A stretch of DNA of 64,000 bases from an uncultured virus (IMG/VR IMGVR_UViG_3300034071_000958) (Duplodnaviria > Heunggongvirae > Uroviricota > Caudoviricetes). The stretch lies in IMG/VR virus record IMGVR_UViG_3300034071_000958. The stretch is one strand, 5' to 3'. Numbering within the stretch: the first letter of the stretch is position 1; every line of letters begins with the position of its first letter. Below are positions 37,726 to 45,479 of the stretch, piece after piece. The translations under genes and the position numbers were made by a program. The notes beneath the pieces are model-generated. The model was not told the origin of the DNA. It did not search any database and saw only the letters and a program-made list of their open reading frames with translations.

Positions 37726-38110
37726 AGTGCGGGCAGCAAAGTCGGGTAGGGGTATTTGACTTGCGTAAGTCCCGCCTAAATAATATTACCCCTACTAAAA
37801 GAATATGTTAAATGTATCGAGTATTAATCTTGCTCTTAATATTGATGGTCCTGATTTTATAGAAGATATAAAGGACGAAAATTGGGAAAATTTTCCATCT
37901 AGAGAGGTTCAAAAAGAACAATCTAGAAAAAAGTGGAGAGATAAAAATCCAGATTATGAAAAGAAGAGATGGGCAAAAGGTTTGACTGAGGAGCAAGTTT
38001 TAGCTAGACGAGCTAGGGAGAAAAAGAGATATTGGGAAAATCAAAAAGATAGGGAAAACCGTAAGGAACGGGCAAGAGAAAGAAAAAGAGCATTAAAGAA
38101 TAATTCATAA
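37726..38110 (+). mobile_element. Putative inserted element (structured leader plus basic ORF) at the gp59 3' end
   Basis: Flanked by two versions of the gp59 C-terminal coding sequence; AT-rich, AGA-rich ORF; true left boundary probably lies inside gp59 (about 37640-37670). Confidence 0.6.
37805..38110 (+). CDS. Basic R/K/E-rich hypothetical protein, possibly derived from a homing-endonuclease DNA-binding region
   Basis: 101 aa; no nuclease motif visible; late promoter CTAAATA at 37776. Confidence 0.6.
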   Translation: MLNVSSINLALNIDGPDFIEDIKDENWENFPSREVQKEQSRKKWRDKNPDYEKKRWAKGLTEEQVLARRAREKKRYWENQKDRENRKERARERKRALKNNS

Positions 38111-38163
38111 ATATTGACGTATTCCAGTACAAGAAGATTTTAAGGGAAATCATAGATGAGTAA
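38104..38163 (+). pseudogene. Orphaned original 3' end of gp59
   Basis: Translates FINIDVFQYKKILREIIDE*, versus the current gp59 end FLQIDIFNYKKILREIIS*. Confidence 0.8.
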
Positions 38164-38488
38164 CTTTTTTGACTCCGATATTATTCAAGATGAACTGAAA
38201 GAAATCAATAAGTTACAAGAGGAGATATACGGAAGTATTCTCACTTTTGGTATGATGCCCCGTGAGACCAAACTGGAACACATTGAAAAGTTAGAACTCT
38301 TGCTAGAAAAGCAGAGAGTGATGTATACTAGACTGTCTCTTTCAGATGATCCACAAGCGGTTGAGATGAAAGAGAACCTACGCAAATCAGTCGCATTGAT
38401 GGGTTTTCCACCAGAGACTGATATGCAAGTACTGTTCAGTAGTATGAATAAGACCATTGAATCCCTCAAACAATTCATTGACAGGTGA
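38156..38488 (+). CDS. DUF1825-like conserved protein
   Basis: FFDSDIIQDEL...LLEKQRVMYTRLSLSDDP.A..MK. Confidence 0.8.
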   Translation: MSNFFDSDIIQDELKEINKLQEEIYGSILTFGMMPRETKLEHIEKLELLLEKQRVMYTRLSLSDDPQAVEMKENLRKSVALMGFPPETDMQVLFSSMNKTIESLKQFIDR

Positions 38489-38506
38489 TTCAATCTTCGC
38501 TATAAT
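38478..38506 (+). promoter_or_regulatory. Consensus sigma70 promoter for gp32
   Basis: TTGACA(38478)-17-TATAAT(38501). Confidence 0.85.
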
Positions 38507-38550
38507 ATCCAAGTAAATCCCCCGAATCCAAACTATCCGAGGTAATCCAA

Positions 38551-39474
38551 ATGTCTTTTGCTGACCTTAAGAAGCAATCTAAATTGGGCTCTCTGACCGC
38601 TAAACTGGTCAAAGAAGTTGAAAAAATGAATACTGGTAGCGGTTCTAGTGATGACCGCATCTGGAAACTGGATGTAGATAAGAGCGGCAATGGTTATGCC
38701 GTAATCCGTTTCCTCCCTGCTCCGAACGGTGAGGACCTTCCGTTCGTGAAACTCTACAGTCACGCATTCCAAGGTCCTGGTGGTTGGTATATTGAGAACT
38801 CTCTGACTACTCTGGGTCAGAAGGATCCAGTGTCTGAGTACAACTCTGAACTGTGGAACAATGGTACTGATGCTGGTAAGGAACTGGCACGTAAGCAGAA
38901 GCGCAAACTGACTTATGTGAGCAACATTTACGTTGTGAAAGATCCTGCCAACCCTGCGAACGAAGGTAAGGTCTTCCTGTTCAAGTTCGGTAAAAAGATC
39001 TTCGACAAACTGACTGCTGCGATGCAACCCGAGTTTGAAGATGAGGAAGCAATCGATCCGTTTGACTTCTGGCAAGGTGCCAACTTCAAACTGAAGGCGA
39101 AGAACGTTGCTGGTTATCGTAACTATGATTCTAGTGAGTTTGCTGCTGCTGCTCCTCTGCTGGACGATGATGATGCAATGGAAGCAGTGTGGAAGAAGCA
39201 GTATTCGCTTGCCGAACTCGTTGCTGCCGACCAATTCAAGACCTATGATGAACTGAAGAAGCGTCTTGACTATGTGCTTGGTTCCAAAGGTACTCCTCGT
39301 TATCAGGACCCCGAAGATCTTGATGAGGACAACACCCGTGGTTCGACCCGCGAACTAACTGAGGATCTTCGTACTGAACTCAACAATCTTCAACCCACCC
39401 GTCGTGCTGCTGCGGTTGAAGAAGATGAGGATGATGATGCTCTGTCCTACTTCGCCCGTCTTGCCGAAGACTGA
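38551..39474 (+). CDS. gp32: Single-stranded DNA-binding protein
   Basis: DDRIWK..DKSGNGYAVIRFLP, WYIENSLTT, FDFWQGANFKLK, acidic C-terminus. Confidence 0.97.
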   Translation: MSFADLKKQSKLGSLTAKLVKEVEKMNTGSGSSDDRIWKLDVDKSGNGYAVIRFLPAPNGEDLPFVKLYSHAFQGPGGWYIENSLTTLGQKDPVSEYNSELWNNGTDAGKELARKQKRKLTYVSNIYVVKDPANPANEGKVFLFKFGKKIFDKLTAAMQPEFEDEEAIDPFDFWQGANFKLKAKNVAGYRNYDSSEFAAAAPLLDDDDAMEAVWKKQYSLAELVAADQFKTYDELKKRLDYVLGSKGTPRYQDPEDLDEDNTRGSTRELTEDLRTELNNLQPTRRAAAVEEDEDDDALSYFARLAED

Positions 39475-39480
39475 TACACT

Positions 39481-39502
39481 GGGGGCATATGCCCCCTTTT
39501 TT
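39481..39502 (+). terminator. Terminator between convergent gp32 and gp53
   Basis: GGGGGC-atat-GCCCCC plus T run. Confidence 0.85.
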
Positions 39503-40157
39503 ATGGTGACTTGATTCTAGTATTAGATGCCTTAATTAACTTAGAATCAATAAATTGAGATGATTCTGTATATGTCATAATCTTTCTAATATCAGTTAAG
39601 AAACTTGGTAAGTATTCTGATTTTAATACATAAATGTTTCTTTTTGCCTCATTCTTACGAACTTCATATTCATAATTATTAATTGCTACAACAACTTTAG
39701 ATTGTTGTAAATTTTGAACTTTATTCGCTGGGTCTGGAATTGTAAAGTTAGCATCAACAACTTTTCCAGCAGGGAGAATTAATCTTCCATTAGGATCTCT
39801 GACTTCTATTGTTTCATAAAATTTAGTGTCATTGAGATTATCTCCATATTTTTCATAACTGTAATTGTACAAATCATAGTTTGAGAGTGGCCACTCATCT
39901 CTTACATTAACTATCCCAGCACTGATGAGTACAACCCAGTCAAATTCTGACTTTCCATATAGTGCCTCTGCAACTGTATCAGGTCTTGCACCATCAGAAA
40001 TGGTATATTTGTTGAATATTGTAAAAACTTTCTGTAAGTCGTCTCTGATTTTTACTCTTCTAAAGATATTTTTTGCCCTTACATAATCTAATGAAGAGTT
40101 TCTATCCGAGAATGGTGATTGATATTCTAAATCTGGTAGTTCTCTAAAGTATGCCAT
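39501..40157 (-). CDS. gp53: Baseplate wedge subunit
   Basis: YFRELP..Y, RPDTVAEALYG..DWVVL..EWP, NYEYE..NEAKRNI. Confidence 0.88.
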   Translation of the reverse strand: MAYFRELPDLEYQSPFSDRNSSLDYVRAKNIFRRVKIRDDLQKVFTIFNKYTISDGARPDTVAEALYGKSEFDWVVLISAGIVNVRDEWPLSNYDLYNYSYEKYGDNLNDTKFYETIEVRDPNGRLILPAGKVVDANFTIPDPANKVQNLQQSKVVVAINNYEYEVRKNEAKRNIYVLKSEYLPSFLTDIRKIMTYTESSQFIDSKLIKASNTRIKSP

Positions 40158-40158
40158 C

Positions 40159-41181
40159 TTAGTATCCTACTCCATCTTTTCCTTCTTTTGTATCATAATC
40201 TTCAGCATAAATTGGTGTAAGTTCGCTCATATTAAGTGTTAATTGCATATGAACTGGTGTTGAATCACCATATGTTGCATAAGTTCCAGATCCTGTATAA
40301 TTAACTGACATCCCAGTTAATGCCATTGGTTTGAACTGGTTCAAAAATGCATGTGGTTTTTGACCTGTCATGTAAGTTAATTGGAATACACTTGGAGACC
40401 CAATAAAGAATCCACCACCTGGTTGAGCCTGAGCACCTTTTCTTGCAGACATGTAGGATTTAAATATTCTTATTATATTTTTTACTTCATCCGATTCCTT
40501 TTTAGACCTTGGAACTAAGTCCCAACTAAATCCAAAAGATCTTTGAGCCACACTGTTAAATAAGAGTTGGCTATTTGGGTTTAATGTTGCACCAAGTGCT
40601 CTATTAATTAGTCCCTGGGCGTTAGCATTTCCTGTTATCGCTGCGGCTGCTTTAGCAGACATTGATGCCATAAATGCCTTTCCTCCTTCTGCAGATAGTG
40701 CTAAAGCAGATCCAGAACCAGCAAGATTTTTAGCCATGTCACCAAAAGCACCTGGAAGATTTCCCCCAGCAGATTGTCCCAAAAATTGATTGAATGCTCC
40801 AATCAAAGTAGCATCAAATGGATTTACGTTACTATTTGACCAGTCTGCATTATTGGTATCTCCAACACCTTCTGGAATAGGTAAAATAATTCGACTAAGT
40901 ACTTTTTGCTTGTTTTTTGCTAGAGTTTGATCTGTTGTAACTAATGCTAAAGACTCGGCACCTTGTCTTTGTAATCCACCAGGAACAAAATCAATAACTT
41001 CTATTAATAAGTAGTCATCACCATCATCAATTCTATCAAATGGATATCTATATGCTGTCTTCTTATTGGATTTTTGAGCTTGCTGTTTATCTGGCTTAGC
41101 TGGGGCAGATGACCCAGCAGAAGAAGATGGTGGGTTACTTGTTGTTGAGCTTCGTTGGACTTCCCAGGGCTTAACTACCAT
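40159..41181 (-). CDS. gp48: Baseplate tail-tube cap
   Basis: YRYP, IILPIP, NPN..LLF..RSFGFSW.L.P.S..E, L....VNYT, L...ELTPI. Confidence 0.8.
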   Translation of the reverse strand: MVVKPWEVQRSSTTSNPPSSSAGSSAPAKPDKQQAQKSNKKTAYRYPFDRIDDGDDYLLIEVIDFVPGGLQRQGAESLALVTTDQTLAKNKQKVLSRIILPIPEGVGDTNNADWSNSNVNPFDATLIGAFNQFLGQSAGGNLPGAFGDMAKNLAGSGSALALSAEGGKAFMASMSAKAAAAITGNANAQGLINRALGATLNPNSQLLFNSVAQRSFGFSWDLVPRSKKESDEVKNIIRIFKSYMSARKGAQAQPGGGFFIGSPSVFQLTYMTGQKPHAFLNQFKPMALTGMSVNYTGSGTYATYGDSTPVHMQLTLNMSELTPIYAEDYDTKEGKDGVGY

Positions 41182-41195
41182 TTATCTTTTTCTAA

Positions 41196-41606
41196 CTATT
41201 TAGATCGTATTTTTCCAAAAGGTATCTTTCGTACATCAGTTATTTCTTCATCTAGAATATTATACACACCACCAATGATTTCTTTCCAGGTATATTGCCT
41301 TCCATCATTCCAGTGAAAATTAAATCCTTTGAATCCCCATTTTAAAACTTCAGTTACTGCAACCAAAGGATATTCATCATAAGTAATTCCAGATGTTTTT
41401 GGCGAATAAACAAAAGTATAGTATTTACCTACTTGTGGTGCAGTGCTTGACTCAGATAAAAGTCCCATGAGTTCCTGCATCAAATCATCAGGGTCTTCAG
41501 TGCCATTAATACTTTCTACAAGTGGCAAAACCCTATTTTTGACTGCTTTATTTTGTTGAAGTTTTTGTTGCTTCTCTTGTTTGTCTTTAAGAGTTTTTCT
41601 CGGCAT
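41196..41606 (-). CDS. DNA end protector-like protein (gp2-like)
   Basis: GKYYTFVYSPKT..YDEYPLV..GFKGFNFHW; adjacent to gp4. Confidence 0.6.
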   Translation of the reverse strand: MPRKTLKDKQEKQQKLQQNKAVKNRVLPLVESINGTEDPDDLMQELMGLLSESSTAPQVGKYYTFVYSPKTSGITYDEYPLVAVTEVLKWGFKGFNFHWNDGRQYTWKEIIGGVYNILDEEITDVRKIPFGKIRSK

Positions 41607-42043
41607 TATTTAATACCTAACTCATCTTCTGTTATAATTTTAAAACTCCACCCACGGTCAGCACAGAATTCTTTTGCAGCAGCCCACTTTGATTGATTTT
41701 TTGCATACTCATATGCTTCACGGATGTATGTTTTAGTTTGTCTGCCTGGATTTTGTGGGGGAATAGTCTGTCTTTTGGGTTTTATTTCAATCAAATATTT
41801 TTTAATAACATTATTTGATTCTTTTACTTTAATATAAAAATCTGGAAAATATCTATGAATGCGGCGGTCAATTGGGGAACGATATGGAAGGGCAATTTCT
41901 TCACTTCCCCACTCTAAAATATTTTCATTGAGATCGCAGTATTTCATAAATTTTCTTTCCCAGAGGGAACGATAAATGATATTTGTTGGATCTCCTTTGT
42001 ATTTTTCAGGATAAGATGGTTGATATTTTCCCTTATAAGACAT
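41606..42043 (-). CDS. gp4: Head completion nuclease
   Basis: YKGKY.P.YPEKYKGD..IIYRSLWE, WGSEE, YFPDF, IEIKP, KWAAA. Confidence 0.93.
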   Translation of the reverse strand: MSYKGKYQPSYPEKYKGDPTNIIYRSLWERKFMKYCDLNENILEWGSEEIALPYRSPIDRRIHRYFPDFYIKVKESNNVIKKYLIEIKPKRQTIPPQNPGRQTKTYIREAYEYAKNQSKWAAAKEFCADRGWSFKIITEDELGIK

Positions 42044-42044
42044 C

Positions 42045-42080
42045 TAAATAACTAAAAGACTCATAATATAGGTATTTAGA
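42045..42080. promoter_or_regulatory. Divergent pair of late promoters
   Basis: CTAAATA on + (about 42044-42050) and TATTTAG (CTAAATA on -, about 42073-42079) between gp4 and the tube-like gene. Confidence 0.65.
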
Positions 42081-42950
42081 GTGCCAGCACCTAGACCAAG
42101 AAAAATATCAGAATTTAAAAGAGTATTAACAAATCTAGCTCAAACCTCACATTATGAAGTCAAGTTTGGAGCACCACCAAAAGATGGTGCGTTATCATCT
42201 TATTTGGCTAACAGAGGTGTTGATTCTAGATTTATAAGCGGTGATGTTGGATTGTTATGTTACTCTGCAGAACTTCCATATGGAAGTTTGGCAACTGCAA
42301 ATATTGCAGGAAACTACATGGGCATTCAAGAAAAGATTGCCCATAGTAGAATTTATGGGCAAGTTAATTTAGGGTTCTATATTGATAGTGATTATAAAGT
42401 ATTGAAATTTCTAGAGCACTGGGCAGAATTTATTGCAAGCGGATCTCATAATCCAGTTGGAACAAATGCTGATGCTGTCAGTCAAGGAAGAAAGAATTAT
42501 TTTATCAGAATGCAATACCCCGAATACTATAAGATGGAATCGACAAAAATCGTTAAGTTTGATAGAGACTATCGTAAAAATATTGAATACACATTTTTTG
42601 GAATGTTCCCCTCTAATGTTGGTAATATTAATGTTTCATATGATAGCTCTAGAACTTTGACTGCATCTGCAACTTTTGAATTCACTCGCTATGTTTGTGG
42701 GCCAATTTCTGCCATTGACCAAAAAAGAGGAGTTGATAATAATAAAACTGGAGAATCATCTTTACTGTATGCATCTGGTAAAGTCGCACCACTGAGTGCG
42801 GATGAAGCGAACGCTATTAGATTATCACAATCTTATCCAATTTATGGAGGAGAGGGTGCGGCAACTACTGGGAGTAGTATTGATTGGAATCAAAAACCTG
42901 ACTTTGTTGCTGGAGAAATTGGACAATATCCACCAGGATTTGGTTCATAA
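42081..42950 (+). CDS. Tail-tube-related baseplate protein (gp54/gp19-like)
   Basis: LAQTSHYEV, LLC.SAELP, F...FP..V..I.VSY; GTG start. Confidence 0.7.
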   Translation: MPAPRPRKISEFKRVLTNLAQTSHYEVKFGAPPKDGALSSYLANRGVDSRFISGDVGLLCYSAELPYGSLATANIAGNYMGIQEKIAHSRIYGQVNLGFYIDSDYKVLKFLEHWAEFIASGSHNPVGTNADAVSQGRKNYFIRMQYPEYYKMESTKIVKFDRDYRKNIEYTFFGMFPSNVGNINVSYDSSRTLTASATFEFTRYVCGPISAIDQKRGVDNNKTGESSLLYASGKVAPLSADEANAIRLSQSYPIYGGEGAATTGSSIDWNQKPDFVAGEIGQYPPGFGS

Positions 42951-42979
42951 ATAAATTACTGACAATATTATAGGTTATT

Positions 42980-43696
42980 ATGCCTTTACCAACAATTGCA
43001 ACTCCGACTTATGAGTTGACATTACCATCTTCTAAAAAAACAATTAAATATAGACCATTTCTTGTTAAAGAAGAAAAAATTCTTATCATCGCAATGGAAA
43101 GTCAAGATGATAAGCAAATCACAAATGCAATTAAAACAGTTATCTCAAATTGCATTTTGACAAAAGGTGTAAAAGTAGAAGACCTGGCTACTTTTGATAT
43201 TGAGTATCTGTTCCTTAACATCAGAGGAAAGTCAGTAGGTGAGACAGTAGATGTTCTAATCACCTGCCCTGATGATGAAGTTACTCAAGTTCCAGTGTCA
43301 ATTAACTTGGACGAAATCCAAGTTCAAACCAATCCAAATCATACCAGAGATATTAAGTTAGATGATAATCTAACAATGAGGATGAGATATCCTTCATTGA
43401 GTCAGTTTATTAAAAACAACTTTAATATTACTGATGTAACGGTTGATGATACTTTTGAGTTGATTAGTGGATGTATTGAGCAAGTCTATTCTGAAGAAGA
43501 ATCTTGGTCTGCTTCTGATTGTACTAAGAAAGAATTATTTGAATTTGTTGATCAATTGAGTTCGAAACAATTCAAAGAGATTGAGACTTTCTTTGAAACA
43601 ATGCCCAAACTTTCTCATACAATCAAAATCAAAAATCCAGAAACAAAAGTTGAAAGTGAAGTTGTTTTGGAGGGTCTAACAAGTTTTTTCGCGTAG
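42980..43696 (+). CDS. gp26: Baseplate hub assembly protein
   Basis: MPLP.I.TPTYEL.LPS..YRPFLVKEEK, FDIEYLFLNIRGKSVGE, FFETMPKL, LEGLTSFF. Confidence 0.9.
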   Translation: MPLPTIATPTYELTLPSSKKTIKYRPFLVKEEKILIIAMESQDDKQITNAIKTVISNCILTKGVKVEDLATFDIEYLFLNIRGKSVGETVDVLITCPDDEVTQVPVSINLDEIQVQTNPNHTRDIKLDDNLTMRMRYPSLSQFIKNNFNITDVTVDDTFELISGCIEQVYSEEESWSASDCTKKELFEFVDQLSSKQFKEIETFFETMPKLSHTIKIKNPETKVESEVVLEGLTSFFA

Positions 43697-43698
43697 GG

Positions 43699-43875
43699 AT
43701 GGCTCATGATTCCCTTGAGTCATACTACAAAACAAATTTTGCCCTCATACAGCATCATAAATATTCATTGACAGAGTTAGAAAATATGATACCTTGGGAG
43801 AGAGAAATTTATATCTCTCTTCTTCAGCAGTTTATAGAAGAAGAAAATCTTAAAAACGGCATAACGAATGGCTGA
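43699..43875 (+). CDS. gp51: Baseplate hub assembly catalyst (58 aa; not in ORF track)
   Basis: LESYYKTNFALIQHHKYSLTELENMIPWEREIYISLL. Confidence 0.88.
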   Translation: MAHDSLESYYKTNFALIQHHKYSLTELENMIPWEREIYISLLQQFIEEENLKNGITNG

Positions 43876-45478
43876 TGCAATAACCATAGCACAAACAGGT
43901 GTAGATCCTAGAACAGGATCTTACCTGTCTGCTGAAGCCAGAAAAGCACTATTCCGTAGAGCAACTGTTTCCAGTTCTGTGTTTCGTGGTCGTGGTGGTG
44001 CTTTAGTTAGGCAAGATGGAAATGATTTAGCAAGCACTCAAAGTTTAGCAATTGTAAAGGCAAATCAATCTTCTCTTGGAACAATTTCAAAGCAGATTGA
44101 ATTTGTTCGTGTAGAAGTTTTAAATTTAACCAATGGTGTTAGAGATATTGCTAGACTTCTCAGAGGAGAAACTATTGCTGAGCAAAAAAGAATTCAAACA
44201 GAACAAGATAATGAGCAAAAGATAGTTGATAGAGATATAAAAAGAGGTCGTGAAAACGAATTAGAAAAGAAAATACAAAATGCTCTTATCAGTCCAGTAA
44301 AAAAAGTTATTGAGCAGACTGAGGGTATATTTGATAGGATTAAGAGCGCAATATTCACTCTTCTTGGTGGGTGGTTCACACTTCAAGGAATAGAATTATT
44401 AAGGGCATACAAGGATAAAAATTTTAAAGTTTTTGATGAGATTAAGAATAGTATCCTCAAGAACTTACTTTATGCTGGTGCTGGTTTATTAGCGATTAAT
44501 GTTGGATTTGCTGTTTTCCTAAGATTACTCAATGGTGTAGTTTTTAAAGTTGGTGGTTTAATTGCTAAACTGATTTTACTGCCATTCAGAGGTCTGGGTG
44601 CTTTAGGTAGAGGTGTTGCTGGATTATTCAGTAGAGGAGCACCTGCCGCTGCCAATGCCGCTGCCAGAGGTGCAAGACCTACTGTAACAGGTAGCACGAA
44701 CTTAATGACTAAGTTCTTTAATTTTATGAAAGGTGGCGGTGCTGCAGCAGCTGGAGGTGGGAGAGTTGCTGGTGGTTTTACCCCTGGTCTTGGAACTGCT
44801 CTTGGTGCAGTCTCGACAGGTTATGATTTGAGTCAAGGAGATTTGCCAGGAGCAGCTCTTAGTGCGTTATCTATGTTTCCAGTAATCGGAGGATTTGCAG
44901 CCGCTGGAAGAGTTGGACTTGAATTATCTAGAATGGCAGGTGGGGGACAAGAACAAAAACAAACTCCAACTTCTTCAACTCCACAGCAACAATTAAAGCC
45001 AAATAAACCAAATATTCCACCACCAGGTTCAACTTCACAAACACCAGAAGCTCCAGCAGCAACACCTATGCTTCCAATGACTCCAGGGGTAAATGGAGAT
45101 CTTAATATGAATGTTGGAACCGCTGCACCAGAAGTAACTCCAACAGAAGAAGAAAAAGGATACTTAGACTTATATAAAAATATACCAACAATGAGACCTT
45201 TACTTCCAGGAGAAACTGCTGAAGAAAGAGCTCTTTCTGTTACTCCAGTGTCTCCAGAAGCAAAAATATCACAAAAGCAAACAGAAAATGCACCATTAGG
45301 ACCTTTAACTAAACCAGCTCCTCAGGTTATTTTGACACAACCAGAGATGAAGCAAAAACCACCAGCACCATCATTAAGAAAAGGAAATTCTTCTAACAAT
45401 GTTCCCCATATATCTTCGAGTAATCCTAATAATTTTTACACTATGTACTCTCAATTAAGTTATAATGTGGTGATGTAA
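43868..45478 (+). CDS. Putative tape-measure / baseplate hub protein
   Basis: Coiled-coil N-terminus, hydrophobic G/A-rich middle, P-rich C-terminus; follows gp26/gp51. Confidence 0.55.
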   Translation: MADAITIAQTGVDPRTGSYLSAEARKALFRRATVSSSVFRGRGGALVRQDGNDLASTQSLAIVKANQSSLGTISKQIEFVRVEVLNLTNGVRDIARLLRGETIAEQKRIQTEQDNEQKIVDRDIKRGRENELEKKIQNALISPVKKVIEQTEGIFDRIKSAIFTLLGGWFTLQGIELLRAYKDKNFKVFDEIKNSILKNLLYAGAGLLAINVGFAVFLRLLNGVVFKVGGLIAKLILLPFRGLGALGRGVAGLFSRGAPAAANAAARGARPTVTGSTNLMTKFFNFMKGGGAAAAGGGRVAGGFTPGLGTALGAVSTGYDLSQGDLPGAALSALSMFPVIGGFAAAGRVGLELSRMAGGGQEQKQTPTSSTPQQQLKPNKPNIPPPGSTSQTPEAPAATPMLPMTPGVNGDLNMNVGTAAPEVTPTEEEKGYLDLYKNIPTMRPLLPGETAEERALSVTPVSPEAKISQKQTENAPLGPLTKPAPQVILTQPEMKQKPPAPSLRKGNSSNNVPHISSSNPNNFYTMYSQLSYNVVM

Positions 45479-45479
45479 G

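Noticed and set aside
37726..38103. Self-splicing intron in gp59
   Set aside because: gp59 already has a complete C-terminus and stop upstream; no group I core or group II domain V recognised.
38533..39234. 233-aa antisense ORF over gp32
   Set aside because: Mirror of biased codon usage in a highly expressed gene.
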